Shown here in pieces: positions 10,452 through 22,219 of a stretch of DNA of 64,000 nt. The stretch's first letter is position 1, and the number at the start of each line of letters is the position of its first letter. The DNA is from Synechococcales cyanobacterium VAR_4_metabat_354 (GTDB lineage: Bacteria > Cyanobacteriota > Cyanobacteriia > Cyanobacteriales > Chamaesiphonaceae). Location of the stretch: the NCBI GenBank assembly GCA_031414775.1, contig JANOQI010000016.1:96001-160000 (forward strand), written 5' to 3'. The translations under genes and the position numbers were made by a program. The notes under the pieces were generated by a model, which saw only the letters and a program-made list of their open reading frames with translations, was not told the DNA's origin and made no database searches.

Positions 10452-11075
10452 TTAAACAGCTGGCTTCGCCAATACCCCATGCAAAAAGATATCGGCCAGA
10501 CCCTCAGCCATTTCCCGCATTTCTTTGGGGTTAGAGTTGGGGCTAATAACTGTATCGTGGCTAAAACCAGCAATCACAAACATTCCTAAGAAAACCTGTG
10601 CCACAATTTTTGGGTTCAAAGGCCGATATACCCCTCGATCGATCGCCGTCTGAAAAAAGGCTTCGGCCACATCGGTCATTTTCGCGACCACTTCTTGCTG
10701 GATTTTTTCGCGTAGATCGTCATGGAATTGAACTTCCATAAAACAAACCCGCATCACTTCATAATTTTTACCCAGATGTAGCATCCGCTTATAAATTACC
10801 TGAGCGATCGCTTCATAGCTAGCCATTTCACTCAGTTCCGTCAATAAATCAGTCAGCAACTCCACCCAGCCTTGGGTGGCCACTTCGACCAAGATCGCTT
10901 TTTTATTGGTGAAGTGTCTAAATAAAGTACCTTCAGCAATACCAGCATTTTCGGCTAATTCTTTAGTCGTCGTGCCATCGTATCCCCGGTGGGCAAACAA
11001 GCGCTGTGCCGTTGATAATATTTTGGAGCGGGTGTCCGGTTCAGTCTTGGTTTTTATGAAAGTGGGCATAATCAA
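10452..11075 (-). CDS. TetR/AcrR family transcriptional regulator
   Basis: LFAHRGYDGTTTKELAENAGIAEGTLFRHF HTH. Confidence 0.92.
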   Translation of the reverse strand: MIMPTFIKTKTEPDTRSKILSTAQRLFAHRGYDGTTTKELAENAGIAEGTLFRHFTNKKAILVEVATQGWVELLTDLLTELSEMASYEAIAQVIYKRMLHLGKNYEVMRVCFMEVQFHDDLREKIQQEVVAKMTDVAEAFFQTAIDRGVYRPLNPKIVAQVFLGMFVIAGFSHDTVISPNSNPKEMREMAEGLADIFLHGVLAKPAV

Positions 11076-11266
11076 TCAACTTAATTAGAGCTGAGTTGCG
11101 TAGTACCTTTATTTTGTCGCCTGAATATTCAAATTAACGAGATTCTTTACAGTTGTTAAGATGAGAAATGTGTCGCTGGTGAAGAATATCTTTACGTATT
11201 ATATTTTAAAATAAAGTAATGATAAATTACTAGTACTAAATACCAGGCTCTAGAAATCTGAATTAA

Positions 11267-11569
11267 CTAACTCAACCGGGTTTCGATATGAGTTACTAAT
11301 TCACTAACAGTCATCGAGTTTTTGTTCATCAAAGAAATAGGGAACTCTATTTTAAACTCTTCTGATAAATCAAAGTAAATATTGACAGCTTCTAAATAGT
11401 AAAGAAGGTGATGATTGCCAGATTTTTGAATCCGATAGGTCGCCAATTGATCGATGAATTTATTAAACTGGAATCCTTCGTACACCGAGTCTGTATGGAT
11501 ATGCAGGTTATCAGCAATTATTTTTGTGACTTTAAGATAGATGAGACTTTCTGATTGCTGATTTAGCAT
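11267..11569 (-). CDS. Acyl-carrier-protein-like orphan lacking the DSL serine
   Basis: KVTKIIADNL, LSEEFKIEFP and TVSELVTHIE match ACP helices; DSL position reads YYL. Confidence 0.55.
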   Translation of the reverse strand: MLNQQSESLIYLKVTKIIADNLHIHTDSVYEGFQFNKFIDQLATYRIQKSGNHHLLYYLEAVNIYFDLSEEFKIEFPISLMNKNSMTVSELVTHIETRLS

Positions 11570-11656
11570 ATTTTAATTTAACTTGGCATATCTGAGTCAC
11601 TTCCTATAAGTAGAAATATAGTCGAGGAATTAAAGGTATGTAATTAGTAGAATGTC

Positions 11657-13459
11657 TTAAGTTTGACTAGCAACAGATTGTCGATTAGCCAAATGGTGCT
11701 TGGCAATTGCTAAACTACAAGCTAAGGAAATATTTTCTTGGCACAGCACCCCAATAATTTTGGTAGGGTGTTCTGGCTCGACTACTGGCAATTGATGTAA
11801 TCCTCGTCCTCCCATTCGTTCAATCGCTGTCGCTACCGATTCATCGGCATTGGCATAAAGAATAGCGGCGGTGCAAATACTACTTAGCTGTTGATTATCA
11901 GCTGCTTGGCCGTTAGCAATCGCTCGGTTGATATCATCCAACGTGACGATTCCAACCAACTGACCAGCGGGATCTTGGACTAGGGCGCTCCGATACTGAC
12001 GCTCTACTAAAGTGGTAGCGGCCTCGAAAATGCTTACCACTGCTGATAAATTTAGCCATTCTAGTTGCATGGCTTCGCGCACCAGCAAATGACGCAACAT
12101 CACTGCCTGTTCATCTTGCTGAATATTTAAGCCCATTTTTTCTAGGCCACTATTGGATTCGTTTACAGATTGCATTCGATCGACTAACCAAATACTCAAA
12201 CCAACGCAAGCCATTAGCGGCAAAACAATTCGATAGTCGCGAGTTAACTCAAACATTAACAAAATGGCTGTTAAGGGGGCGCGGGCATTGCTAGCCAACA
12301 TGGTAGCCATCCCCACCATCGCGTATGCTGGGGGCGCAGCCATCACGCTGTCTAATTGTGGAATCAACATCACCAAGCCTTTCACATAGGCCGTGCCTAA
12401 AGAGGCACCTAAGAACATCGAAGGAGCAAATAGACCACCAACTAAGCCACTTCCCAAACTGATGCCGGTCATAATCAGCTTCACGGCCACCAACAAAATT
12501 AGTAAGGTCAGCGAGAATCCCACATCTTGCAGCATCGCTTCGATCGTTTCGTAACCAATCCCAGTAATTTGCGGAAACTTAAGAGCCGTAATGCCGACCA
12601 ATAGGCCACCTAAGATTGGTGTAGACCAATGTGGTAGTTTAGTCATCCAGGCAGAGTAGGGAGCTTTGCCCTGAAAAACCTGGCGACACCAGCGAATGGT
12701 TTGGGTGGAAGCGTAGGAAAGCAAGCTGGCCAATACTCCTAAGCCTAAGTACAGGGGCAACTCCCAGGCAGACTGAACCTCATAAATAGGCAGTTTAAAA
12801 GCTGGTTGGGAACCCAACCCTACTTGGGCTACCAACGAAGAAATAACTGCTGCCAGTACCACCACACTCACCGCCGCTGTGGCAGTGGTACTATTTAGCA
12901 CTACTTCTAGAGCGAAAAACACGCCAGCGATCGGTGAATTAAAACCCGCTGATACCCCCGCCGCCGCCCCGGCTGCTAGTAATAAACGTTGCCGTTCTTG
13001 AGATACGCGCAGCGTTTGCCCCATCAAAATGCCCAGATTAGCGCCAATTTCCACGCTCGGACCTTCTGGCCCGAGCGAAGCTCCAGTCCCCAGCGAGACG
13101 GCGGCGGCCAACATTTTCACTAGTCCCAGCCAGGGTTTCATTGGTGCTCCGGACTGGGTAGCGGCCAACATGGAAGACATATTTAGACCAAAATCTTTCC
13201 AATACCAGCGCATGGCACCAACGATGATGCCCCCAATCATCGGAATCGAAATTGTCCACAGCCACTTGTTACCCCCTAAATTGGTCAGATCTTCAAAAGC
13301 CCAATCGTGAATATGGTCAATTAAAAAATGAAATAGGATGACCCCTGCGCCTGTGGCCACGCCAATTAGTAGAGCTAAAACCAGGGTGATACCACTGCTA
13401 GAAGCCATCAGTCGATCGACAAGTTTACGCGACAATAAATTAGGCTGATTCACAAGCAT
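11657..13459 (-). CDS. ClC chloride channel/transporter with C-terminal CBS pair
   Basis: GASLGPEGPS, FNSPIAGVFFALE, GGLFAP, APLT, CBS motifs. Confidence 0.92.
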   Translation of the reverse strand: MLVNQPNLLSRKLVDRLMASSSGITLVLALLIGVATGAGVILFHFLIDHIHDWAFEDLTNLGGNKWLWTISIPMIGGIIVGAMRWYWKDFGLNMSSMLAATQSGAPMKPWLGLVKMLAAAVSLGTGASLGPEGPSVEIGANLGILMGQTLRVSQERQRLLLAAGAAAGVSAGFNSPIAGVFFALEVVLNSTTATAAVSVVVLAAVISSLVAQVGLGSQPAFKLPIYEVQSAWELPLYLGLGVLASLLSYASTQTIRWCRQVFQGKAPYSAWMTKLPHWSTPILGGLLVGITALKFPQITGIGYETIEAMLQDVGFSLTLLILLVAVKLIMTGISLGSGLVGGLFAPSMFLGASLGTAYVKGLVMLIPQLDSVMAAPPAYAMVGMATMLASNARAPLTAILLMFELTRDYRIVLPLMACVGLSIWLVDRMQSVNESNSGLEKMGLNIQQDEQAVMLRHLLVREAMQLEWLNLSAVVSIFEAATTLVERQYRSALVQDPAGQLVGIVTLDDINRAIANGQAADNQQLSSICTAAILYANADESVATAIERMGGRGLHQLPVVEPEHPTKIIGVLCQENISLACSLAIAKHHLANRQSVASQT

Positions 13460-13494
13460 GGGGAGAAGGCGGCGACTTTTCCTAATTGTAGGAC

Positions 13495-14193
13495 TTAGGG
13501 GCTGACTTGAATTTCCCCATTGCAGAGGAGTTCGCCTTCTTGTAATGTCAATTCTTTTAAATTAACCTGATCGCCCAGGTCGATTTCGTAGCTTTGTAGA
13601 TCACTGCCTGGTAGTTCTAAATCACAAGTAACCAGCAAAGGAGCCAGTCGCAACACCTGACCAGTCAACAATTCGATCCCAGTTTGAATGCTAATGGGAA
13701 ATTGTTGATCAGGACTCTGTTGCACTTGTCCTTGCAGCCACACCTGATTGGATTGGATGGCTGCTGATTGCCATTGAATTGACCAGTTTTGGTCAGTACT
13801 GGCCAATATCTGCTTCACTAAATCGGTGATGGCCTTATTGAAAAAAGGTGCGGTCAAGGAACTATGTAAATCCTCACTAGTCATCAGGGCATTCGCATTA
13901 ATCATAATTGGTTGCAGCAATTGTAGGGGCTTACCGCGTACTACTTGCTTCAGATTAATCGCTATTTGCTCGGCTAATAGCTCTATTTTTTGAACGGCAA
14001 TTCCCCGATACACTATTTTTTGGGCAGCAACGGCCACGCTGGGCACTACACCCGCCAGCATTTGTCGATCGCCAGCCACAATTTCGACTTGGAGTTCGGC
14101 TACGGCACTGACCTGGGTGCGTAACCATGCCGCACAGGCCGATGACAGTACAGAACTAATAATTCCACGGGGTTTGCTACTCAAATTTTGCAC
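13495..14193 (-). CDS. DUF2993 (LmeA-like) protein
   Basis: WLRTQV, YRGI, INLKQVVRGKPLQLLQPI, IDLG typical of cyanobacterial DUF2993. Confidence 0.7.
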   Translation of the reverse strand: MQNLSSKPRGIISSVLSSACAAWLRTQVSAVAELQVEIVAGDRQMLAGVVPSVAVAAQKIVYRGIAVQKIELLAEQIAINLKQVVRGKPLQLLQPIMINANALMTSEDLHSSLTAPFFNKAITDLVKQILASTDQNWSIQWQSAAIQSNQVWLQGQVQQSPDQQFPISIQTGIELLTGQVLRLAPLLVTCDLELPGSDLQSYEIDLGDQVNLKELTLQEGELLCNGEIQVSP

Positions 14194-14328
14194 TTTCAGA
14201 GAATAACCAGTAATCCATCGTAATCGATCGTTCCGACTTGCGGCTGGCCACCTAAGTTTTTCGTGATAGTTTCAATGTTTCACTCTTTTCGCTAGAATTT
14301 TGGGCAGTATACAAATAACGGAATAGCT

Positions 14329-15087
14329 ATGGCCGTCCGGCTGCAAAAAATTATGTCTCAGTGGGGCATCGCTTCCCGCCGTCAGGCCGAAGAAATGATC
14401 CGAAATGGTCGAGTGATCGTCAATGGTCAGACCGCGCAGCTTGGTGATACTGCTGATCCAGCAATCGACCAAATTACCGTATCCGGGAAACTGTTAGCAG
14501 CTCCACCCCAACGCTACTACTTGCTACTCAATAAACCAGCGGGAGTAGTTTCCACCTGCACCGATCCGCAAGGTCGATCGACAGTGATTGATTTACTACC
14601 TCAGCACTTAAGATATAGATCGGGTATTCATCCGGTCGGACGCTTGGATATTGATTCGACTGGTGCACTGTTGCTCACCAATGACGGTGAATTAACCTGT
14701 TTGCTCACACACCCTCGGCATCAGGTGTCTAAAACATATATCGCCTTGGTGGAGGGACATCCCTCTACCACTACACTACAAGCCTGGCGCTCGGGTATCA
14801 ACCTAGAAGGTAAATGGACGTTGCCCGCCCAAGTGACGGTTCTGGATGAAGATCGATATGAAACTCGCTTACAAATTATTTTGCGCGAAGGTCGTAATCG
14901 GCAGGTGCGGCGAGTAGCTGAACAATTAAATCATCCAGTTTTGCGCTTAGAACGCACCGCTATTGGTTGTATTCCCTTACATCTACCCGATCAATCTTTG
15001 CCGCGTGGTGAACACCGAAATTTAATTTCGACGGAGGTGGAATGGTTATCTCAAATACTCAACCATGCCATCACACCGAGCTTATGA
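14329..15087 (+). CDS. rRNA pseudouridine synthase (RsuA/RluB family)
   Basis: S4 domain RLQK..GIASRR, NKPAG, GRLD catalytic Asp, EGRNRQVRR. Confidence 0.93.
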   Translation: MAVRLQKIMSQWGIASRRQAEEMIRNGRVIVNGQTAQLGDTADPAIDQITVSGKLLAAPPQRYYLLLNKPAGVVSTCTDPQGRSTVIDLLPQHLRYRSGIHPVGRLDIDSTGALLLTNDGELTCLLTHPRHQVSKTYIALVEGHPSTTTLQAWRSGINLEGKWTLPAQVTVLDEDRYETRLQIILREGRNRQVRRVAEQLNHPVLRLERTAIGCIPLHLPDQSLPRGEHRNLISTEVEWLSQILNHAITPSL

Positions 15088-15160
15088 TTTGGAATGGAGC
15101 ATTTGTTTTCTGAGTCAAAAACTTTTACAATTCGTAAAGAATGTACCAAACATAAAGCAC

Positions 15161-16612
15161 ATGCGGATTGCGATCGTGGGAGCTGGCTTAGCAGGACTAT
15201 CTACAGCAGTAGAACTAGCCGAGGCTGGCCATCAAGTAGAAATTTTTGAATCGCGTTCCTTTGTTGGCGGCAAAGTAGGCAGCTGGGTCGATCCCGACGG
15301 CAATCATGTGGAAATGGGTCTGCATGTGTTTTTCAATAATTACAACAATCTTTTTGCCCTGATGAAAAAGATTGGTGCCTTTGAGAATTTGCTGACCAAA
15401 GAGCATGTCCACAATTTTGTCAATAAAGGTGGTGAGATTGGGCAACTGGATTTTCGATTTATCCTGGGTGCACCTTTTCATGGCTTGAAGGCGTTCTTTA
15501 CTACCGGCCAATTAACATTTATCGATAAGCTGCAAAATGCCCTAGCATTGGGAACTAGTCCGATCGTGGCTGGACTATTGAGCTACGAAAGCGGCATGAA
15601 GATGATTCGGGCTTTAGATAACGTCAGTTTTGCCGATTGGTTTCGGCAGCATGGCGGCAATAATCATAGCCTGCGCCGGATGTGGGATCCAATCGCCCTC
15701 GCTTTAGGTTTTATCGACACCGAGAATATTTCGGCTCGTTGTATGTTGACCATCTTCATGATGTTTGCGGCCAAGACCGAAGCTTCTAAGCTGAATATGT
15801 TAGCTGGTTCCCCCGCTGAGTATCTACATCAGCCGTTGGTGAATTACCTGACAGCGCGGGGTGTGCAGATTCACACCCGTCGCCAACTGCGCGCCATCAA
15901 ATACAGTGGCAGTGACCATCATATTGATGGCTTGGAAATCGCTAACGGTGACAGTGTGGAGCTAGTCATTGCCGATGCCTACGTTTGTGCCTTAGATGTG
16001 CCGGGTATTCAGCGGGTGATACCTACCGAATGGCGCACTGATCAGTTTTTCGACAATATTTTTGAGCTAGAAGCCGTACCCGTGGCTACTGTTCAACTGC
16101 GGTTTGATGGCTGGGTAACTGAAATGAAAGACCCCCAACAGCGTCAACAGCTGGAAAAGGCCGCTGGGATTGATAATCTGTTGTACAGCGCCGATGCCGA
16201 CTTTTCTTGTTTTGCTGATTTGGCATTGACTAGCCCTAAAGACTACTACAAGCCGGGGGAAGGATCGCTAATGCAGGTCGTGCTGACACCGGGTGATAAG
16301 TTTATTTCGATGAGCAACGAAGATATTGCCCAACACGCCTTACGGCAAGTACGGGATCTGTTTCCCTCGGCTCAAGATTTGCAGATGACTTGGTACAGCG
16401 TGGTTAAATTGGCTCAGTCGCTGTACCGTGAGAAACCCGGAATGGATCCCTTTCGGCCAACTCAAGCTACCCCAATTAGTAACTTCTTCTTGGCGGGCAG
16501 CTACACGGCTCAAGATTATATTGATAGCATGGAGGGAGCCACGCTTTCTGGACAGCAAGCTGCTGTTGCAATTTTGGCCACTGCCGATCGATTGCAACCA
16601 GTCTTAAGTTAG
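15161..16612 (+). CDS. zds: 9,9'-di-cis-zeta-carotene desaturase
   Basis: [38 protein letters not shown]; start moved from 15065 to 15161. Confidence 0.93.
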   Translation: MRIAIVGAGLAGLSTAVELAEAGHQVEIFESRSFVGGKVGSWVDPDGNHVEMGLHVFFNNYNNLFALMKKIGAFENLLTKEHVHNFVNKGGEIGQLDFRFILGAPFHGLKAFFTTGQLTFIDKLQNALALGTSPIVAGLLSYESGMKMIRALDNVSFADWFRQHGGNNHSLRRMWDPIALALGFIDTENISARCMLTIFMMFAAKTEASKLNMLAGSPAEYLHQPLVNYLTARGVQIHTRRQLRAIKYSGSDHHIDGLEIANGDSVELVIADAYVCALDVPGIQRVIPTEWRTDQFFDNIFELEAVPVATVQLRFDGWVTEMKDPQQRQQLEKAAGIDNLLYSADADFSCFADLALTSPKDYYKPGEGSLMQVVLTPGDKFISMSNEDIAQHALRQVRDLFPSAQDLQMTWYSVVKLAQSLYREKPGMDPFRPTQATPISNFFLAGSYTAQDYIDSMEGATLSGQQAAVAILATADRLQPVLS

Positions 16613-16665
16613 TTAAATTTGCAACTAGCTATCTAGTTTTTCTTATCCCCTTAAATCTTTAAAAT

Positions 16666-17112
16666 ATGTCTGAATGGATTGAGCATACTGTCCAAGTTGA
16701 ACTAGAAGTTCCGATCGATCATGTCTGGGATCTGTGGTCGGATCTAGAACTAATGCCCACCTGGATGAAGTGGATAGAATCAGTAAAAATTTTAGAGGAT
16801 AATCCCGAACTATCCCGTTGGAAGCTGGCTACCAACACCCTAGAATTCACCTGGCTGTCGAGAATTCTCAAAACTACTACCCACCAAATTATTCAGTGGG
16901 AATCGGTGGATGGCTTACCCAATCGTGGTGCTATTCGTTTTTATGAACGAGATACTAGTAGTATTGTAAAGCTGACCGTTGGCTACTCTGTGCCCGGGTT
17001 TTTGGCACTGCTCATGGACAATGGCTTTATTCGCAAAGCCGTAGAGTCCACTCTGCAAGCAGATTTAGACCGATTCAAAGTCTATGCTCTGAGTAGTAAG
17101 CCTCAACCATAA
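16666..17112 (+). CDS. SRPBCC/polyketide cyclase family protein
   Basis: VWDLWSDLELMPTWMKW, WESVDGLPNRG; follows zds. Confidence 0.85.
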   Translation: MSEWIEHTVQVELEVPIDHVWDLWSDLELMPTWMKWIESVKILEDNPELSRWKLATNTLEFTWLSRILKTTTHQIIQWESVDGLPNRGAIRFYERDTSSIVKLTVGYSVPGFLALLMDNGFIRKAVESTLQADLDRFKVYALSSKPQP

Positions 17113-17187
17113 TTATTAGAACGGATAACCTTTGCTATAGTCTGATAGTGTCTATGGCAAAATTTACGCATTTCCTTTTCTTTAAAT

Positions 17188-19221
17188 ATGAAATATAAAT
17201 CACTATCGCTAGCCATTGTTACGTTGTTTTGGGGAACCCAACAGTCTATGCTCTTAGCGGCCAGTCCCCGCTCTGTGGAAACCGTAACCTGTGACATTTT
17301 GGTAGCTGGTGGTGGTTTAAGTGGGACAGCAACAGCCTATGAGGCGTTGCTAGCTGGGAAAACGGTTTGCATGACAGAAATTACCGACTGGGTGGGGGGT
17401 CAAGTTTCAGCGCAGGGTACGTCGGCTTTAGATGAACGCCCTACCCAACGCAAAAAAGGATTTTTTCCCAGAGGCTATAAAGAATTTCGCCAAGGCATCA
17501 AAGATTATTATGGCAAGCTCAATCCCGGCGATTGCTGGGTGAGCGAATCTTGCTTTATGCCCGCCGATGGCCACCAAATTTTGACTAAAATGCTGACAAC
17601 AGCTGCCAGCAAAGGTCAAGGTAAATTAAAGTGGTTTCCCAATACCGTCATCAAAGACCTAAAAGTTGTGCCCAAAGGCCAGGGTCAACAAATTGTGTCA
17701 GCGATCGCTATTCAGCACAGTCCCCAAATAGGAACACCCCCGCTCAACACCAAACCGCTTTCTCAGACAATTACTGATGCCTATAACTACGAAGATTCAG
17801 CCCTGTTTCGGAAGAAAGTAATTCAGTTTGCGCCAGCCAAAAGCAACCAAAAAGCTGCCGATTGGTATGTAGTAGAAGCTACTGAAACTGGTGAATTAAT
17901 TGGCTTGGCCGATGTCCCCTATCGCCTAGGTCTGGACCCACAGAGTTATGCCGAACCTTCCTCTCCGAGCAAAGTTAATGATGCCTATTGCACCCAGGGC
18001 TTTACTTACCCTTTTGCAATGGAAACTACCGATCTGCCTCAGAAACAGGTGGAACCCAGTTTTTACAAAAAGTATGAGCCGTACTATAGCTATGAAAAAC
18101 AAAAACTAGCGGACTTTGGCTTGGTTTATAGTTATCGTCGGATCAAGGGTGGCGGCAAGGTGCAAAAAGCCAAGATGGGCAGCATCGAATATACAGTGCC
18201 AGCTACCGGCGATATTTCGATGCAGAACTGGACTTGGGGAAATGACTATCGCCCCGGCAGCGCTCAGGACAATTTGATTTTAGATAAAGCGCAGTTACAA
18301 GCCAGCAATCAGTTGCAACCAGGTGGTTGGATGGGCGGTTTGCGGCCAGAGACGCTCCAAAAAGGTGAAGAAATTGCCCAGGGTTTTTACTATTGGTTAG
18401 CGACGGGCACTACAGATAGTCATGCCCAGGCTGATCCCCTAGCACTAGGCAGTTGGCGGAAAAGCACTAGCCTCAATCAGCGCTATTTAAAAGGGTTGAA
18501 ATCACCAATGGGAACGGCTCACGGTCTGTCAAAATATCCTTATATTCGAGAAGGGCGACGGATTATTGGGCGACCCAGTTTTGGCTATAGTGCCGGCTTT
18601 TCCGTTAATGAAGTGGATATTTCCCGCAATGATCTCTGGACACCAGAACGGCTGGCCAAGTTATCGGAGTCCGATCGACGGTTACTGGGTGCCACACTAG
18701 CTGGGTTTGAAGGACTCGATCGAATCATTGCTAAAGATGTCCCAGTCAAGTTAAATCAACGTCAACGGGCAACGGTTTACGCTGATTCAGTGGGTATCGG
18801 GCACTATGCAATCGACTTCCACCCTTGTATGCAAAACAGTCCGGTAGAGACGATTAAAAATCAGGAACGAGCTGGTGGCCGAAATGGTGAGGGGCAAGCT
18901 TATCCTTTCCAAGTACCGCTACGAGCCATGATTCCGCAAAAAATTGATAATATGTTGGTGGCGGGTAAGAGTATCGCTACTAGTCATGTGGCGGCAGCGG
19001 CTTACCGAGTGCATTCTTTTGAGTGGTCGGTAGGGGCAGCAGCAGGGACGGCGGCAGTTTTCGCAATGGAAAAAGGAATTATGCCTTATGAATTGGTGCA
19101 GAATTTGCCGAAGCCGGTACCCCAGATGCAAGAGCTGCGGAAGCGCTTAGAGTCGCAGAATAATCCTACGATGTTTCCAGGAACTTCTATTCTTAATAAC
19201 AATTGGAAGGACTGGAAGTAA
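17188..19221 (+). CDS. FAD-dependent oxidoreductase with putative signal peptide
   Basis: ILVAGGGLSG, WVGGQ, PYIREGRR, PLRAMIP, AAYRVH. Confidence 0.85.
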   Translation: MKYKSLSLAIVTLFWGTQQSMLLAASPRSVETVTCDILVAGGGLSGTATAYEALLAGKTVCMTEITDWVGGQVSAQGTSALDERPTQRKKGFFPRGYKEFRQGIKDYYGKLNPGDCWVSESCFMPADGHQILTKMLTTAASKGQGKLKWFPNTVIKDLKVVPKGQGQQIVSAIAIQHSPQIGTPPLNTKPLSQTITDAYNYEDSALFRKKVIQFAPAKSNQKAADWYVVEATETGELIGLADVPYRLGLDPQSYAEPSSPSKVNDAYCTQGFTYPFAMETTDLPQKQVEPSFYKKYEPYYSYEKQKLADFGLVYSYRRIKGGGKVQKAKMGSIEYTVPATGDISMQNWTWGNDYRPGSAQDNLILDKAQLQASNQLQPGGWMGGLRPETLQKGEEIAQGFYYWLATGTTDSHAQADPLALGSWRKSTSLNQRYLKGLKSPMGTAHGLSKYPYIREGRRIIGRPSFGYSAGFSVNEVDISRNDLWTPERLAKLSESDRRLLGATLAGFEGLDRIIAKDVPVKLNQRQRATVYADSVGIGHYAIDFHPCMQNSPVETIKNQERAGGRNGEGQAYPFQVPLRAMIPQKIDNMLVAGKSIATSHVAAAAYRVHSFEWSVGAAAGTAAVFAMEKGIMPYELVQNLPKPVPQMQELRKRLESQNNPTMFPGTSILNNNWKDWK

Positions 19222-19257
19222 GAAAGAGGTTGATAGTTGGGGAGCAATCGATCTCAA

Positions 19258-19677
19258 TTACCGGTTGACTTGGCCTGACAGATAACTATACCAATCCGTC
19301 GCGATCGATACATCTGTAAAAGGAATACTGACCTTGGTATTGTTTTTGATGAATAGATCGATCGCAATGGATTTACCCCGCTCCGGCAGACTTGGATCAT
19401 CCAAACTAAAAGACTCACCATCAATACATAGCTTGATTTCTTGCACATTTGATATTTGGACAGATTGCAGATCGATCGGCTCCTGCCGAGTTGGTTTGCC
19501 CCAAGTCAGCTGATCATCTTTTTGGCCGAGCGCCGCATAGACATCATACTTAGACCTGTCGAACTGTCCCGCCCAGCGCTCATAGGCTTGCAATTTTTGG
19601 TATTCATTCCAGCCTGCCCAAGCCAGCCAAAAGAAGGCTACGAGTAACGGCAGCCACATTAATCCACGTTGCATCAC
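19258..19677 (-). CDS. Conserved cyanobacterial hypothetical membrane-anchored protein
   Basis: N-terminal TM helix GLMWLPLL..W; SKYDVYAALG; IPFT. Confidence 0.75.
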   Translation of the reverse strand: MMQRGLMWLPLLVAFFWLAWAGWNEYQKLQAYERWAGQFDRSKYDVYAALGQKDDQLTWGKPTRQEPIDLQSVQISNVQEIKLCIDGESFSLDDPSLPERGKSIAIDLFIKNNTKVSIPFTDVSIATDWYSYLSGQVNR

Positions 19678-20270
19678 ATCTCCAGTTCAGAGCCTTTCTC
19701 TATTGTAAATATAATATCTTCATAAACCTGCTCGATGGGGAAAGTCAATTTGACGCTGGTCAGCTCCACTACATCCCCTGGCTCATAGTCAATAATACGC
19801 CAGTTATCGTCACCAGTCTTGCGAAATAATTCGATTGCCATCGTCTCAGAATCAACCAGAGCATATTCTTGCACAATAGGATTACGCCGATATAGTTTGA
19901 ATTTATTTCCTCGGTCATAAGCTTCAGTAGAAGAGGAGAGTACTTCGATGATCAGGCAGGGATAGGTGATGTATTGGGGAGTGTTCTTATCTCTCTCGTC
20001 ACAGGTAACACTCACATCAGGATAAACGTAATTAGATGATGCCACAATATTCACTCGGGCATCAGAATTGAGTGTTCGGCAACCGCTTCCGCGCAGATGA
20101 TTTCCTAGCAATCGATTAAAATTTGAAGCAATCTGACTATGGTTGATCGTGCCGCCAGTCATCGCATAGACCTCGCCATTGATGTACTCATGGCGAACTG
20201 GCTGCTTCTCCTCCCAGGCAAAGTACTCTTCGGGGGTAAATCTAGGGAAATGTTCTTTAGCAGCAATCAT
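19674..20270 (-). CDS. Uma2 family endonuclease (PD-(D/E)xK fold)
   Basis: RHEYINGEVYAMTGG, YPDVSV, IEVLSSSTEAYDRGNK. Confidence 0.92.
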   Translation of the reverse strand: MIAAKEHFPRFTPEEYFAWEEKQPVRHEYINGEVYAMTGGTINHSQIASNFNRLLGNHLRGSGCRTLNSDARVNIVASSNYVYPDVSVTCDERDKNTPQYITYPCLIIEVLSSSTEAYDRGNKFKLYRRNPIVQEYALVDSETMAIELFRKTGDDNWRIIDYEPGDVVELTSVKLTFPIEQVYEDIIFTIEKGSELEM

Positions 20271-20368
20271 GTTAAAACTTCCAAAGCATTGAACTGACTG
20301 GTTTTCGACCTTCATATTATATCACTAGTCTGATTTGTGAATAATATGTGCAAATGCATAATCTCACC

Positions 20369-20394
20369 AAAAAAGCCCGCTAAATGCGGGCTTT
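20369..20394 (-). terminator. Intrinsic terminator after typA
   Basis: GCCCGC-taaat-GCGGGC hairpin followed on minus strand by T6. Confidence 0.8.
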
Positions 20395-20431
20395 GACATT
20401 TTTATAGTTCAGATTTCCGAACCGAAATAAT

Positions 20432-22219
20432 TTAGCGCTTGACTAACTTCTTGGATAGCTTCCGTAGCCGGATTGACTCCGGAGTTACTTCCACCATTTC
20501 ATCAGGTCCGATGTACTCTAAAGCCCGTTCGAGGTTCATATCGATCGGAGCCTGCAATTGCACAAGTTCTTCCCCACCCGAAGCCCGGTGGTTAGTAAGC
20601 TGCTTGCTCTTACAGATATTCAGCTCCATATCTTGACCCCGGTTGTTTTCCCCGATGATCATGCCCTTATAGACCTTAGTCCCCGGCTTAATAAAGAACG
20701 TACCGCGATCCTCGGCACCCATCAGCGAATAGTCAGTCGCCACCCCTTCTTCAAAAGAAATGAGAACTCCATTGCGGCGGGCTGTAATTTCACCACAAAT
20801 TGGGCGATATTCTAAAAAGCTATGGTTCATGATGCCGTCGCCCCTGGTGGCGCGCATAAAGTCACCCCGGAAACCAATTAAGCCCCGTGCCGGTACCACA
20901 AATTCTAGGATCGATCGACCGTTAGAGGCCATCATATTTTGCATTTCGGCTTTGCGCTGACCAAGACGTTCGACGCAACCACCAACGGCTTCTTCGGGCA
21001 CGTCTAAGGCAAGCAACTCGTAAGGCTCACATTTTTGACCGTTAATTTCCCGATAAATTACTTGCGGCTGAGATACTTGGAATTCGTATCCTTCCCGGCG
21101 CATAGTTTCAATCAGAATGCCCAAGTGCAATTCACCCCGGCCAGAAACAGAAAGTTTGTCAGGTGAATCAGTTTCTTCGACGCGCAGTGCCACGTTGGTG
21201 TCTAGTTCTTTGAATAGTCGATCGCGCACTTGGCGAGAAGTCACCAGCTTGCCTTCTTGACCAGCAAACGGTGAGTCGTTGACACAGAAGGTCATTTGCA
21301 AAGTAGGTTCATCTACTTTGATCATGGGCAATGCCAAAGGTTCATCTGGGCAAGCGATGGTTTCGCCAATGTTGGCATCAGCAAACCCAGCCACGGCAAT
21401 GATATTGCCAGCACTAGCCGATGGGATATCAATCCGTTTCAAGCCTTCAAAGCCCATCAGCTTACTGATTTTGCCCTTCAGGATTGAGCCATCTTCGCGC
21501 AGTAATGAGGCTTGTTGACCCATTTTGATAGTGCCGTTATGCACTTTCCCAATCACGATCCGACCTAAATAATCGGAGTAGTCGATGGTGGTAACTTGCA
21601 GTTGCAGGGGCTTTTCCGAATCACCGACTGGGGGTGGTACGTGGCGTAAGATAGCATTGAAGAGCGGTTCCATGGTGGTGCTTTCTTCTTCTAGCTTGTC
21701 TTTGGCAAAGCCAGAGATACCAGAAGCAAACAGGTGCGGGAAGTCGCACTGGTCATCGTCAGCACCGAGTTCGACGAATAGATCGAATACTTTATCTACT
21801 GCCGCATCAGGTTCAGCCGAAGGTCGATCGATCTTATTGACTACCACAATTGGGCGCAAGCCTTTAGCCAATGCTTTGGTCAAGACAAAGCGGGTCTGAG
21901 GCATCGGGCCTTCGTTGGCATCGACGATTAAAATACAGCCATCTACCATACCTAATACCCGTTCGACTTCGCCACCAAAGTCAGCGTGTCCAGGGGTATC
22001 GATGATGTTGATCAGGGTATCTTTGTACCGGACGGCGGTGTTCTTAGACAGAATTGTAATACCACGTTCACGCTCGATGTCGTTGGAATCCATCACGCAG
22101 GTAGGCACTTCTTCGCCCTCGCGGAAAATTCCAGACTGTTTGAGCAATGCATCAACGAGGGTTGTTTTACCGTGGTCTACGTGGGCGATAATCGCAACGT
22201 TACGAATGGGAATCGTCAT
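20432..22219 (-). CDS. typA: Translational GTPase TypA/BipA
   Basis: [41 protein letters not shown]. Confidence 0.97.
   Translation of the reverse strand: MTIPIRNVAIIAHVDHGKTTLVDALLKQSGIFREGEEVPTCVMDSNDIERERGITILSKNTAVRYKDTLINIIDTPGHADFGGEVERVLGMVDGCILIVDANEGPMPQTRFVLTKALAKGLRPIVVVNKIDRPSAEPDAAVDKVFDLFVELGADDDQCDFPHLFASGISGFAKDKLEEESTTMEPLFNAILRHVPPPVGDSEKPLQLQVTTIDYSDYLGRIVIGKVHNGTIKMGQQASLLREDGSILKGKISKLMGFEGLKRIDIPSASAGNIIAVAGFADANIGETIACPDEPLALPMIKVDEPTLQMTFCVNDSPFAGQEGKLVTSRQVRDRLFKELDTNVALRVEETDSPDKLSVSGRGELHLGILIETMRREGYEFQVSQPQVIYREINGQKCEPYELLALDVPEEAVGGCVERLGQRKAEMQNMMASNGRSILEFVVPARGLIGFRGDFMRATRGDGIMNHSFLEYRPICGEITARRNGVLISFEEGVATDYSLMGAEDRGTFFIKPGTKVYKGMIIGENNRGQDMELNICKSKQLTNHRASGGEELVQLQAPIDMNLERALEYIGPDEMVEVTPESIRLRKLSKKLVKR

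Noticed and set aside
15065..15160. N-terminal extensions of zds (and of tauE, metK, queG, tautomerase, YojI-type ABC)
   Set aside because: Longest-ORF artefacts; family-typical starts lie downstream.
19674..20270. Uma2 gene as part of a defence system
   Set aside because: Solitary Uma2 genes are very common in cyanobacteria; no partner gene here.
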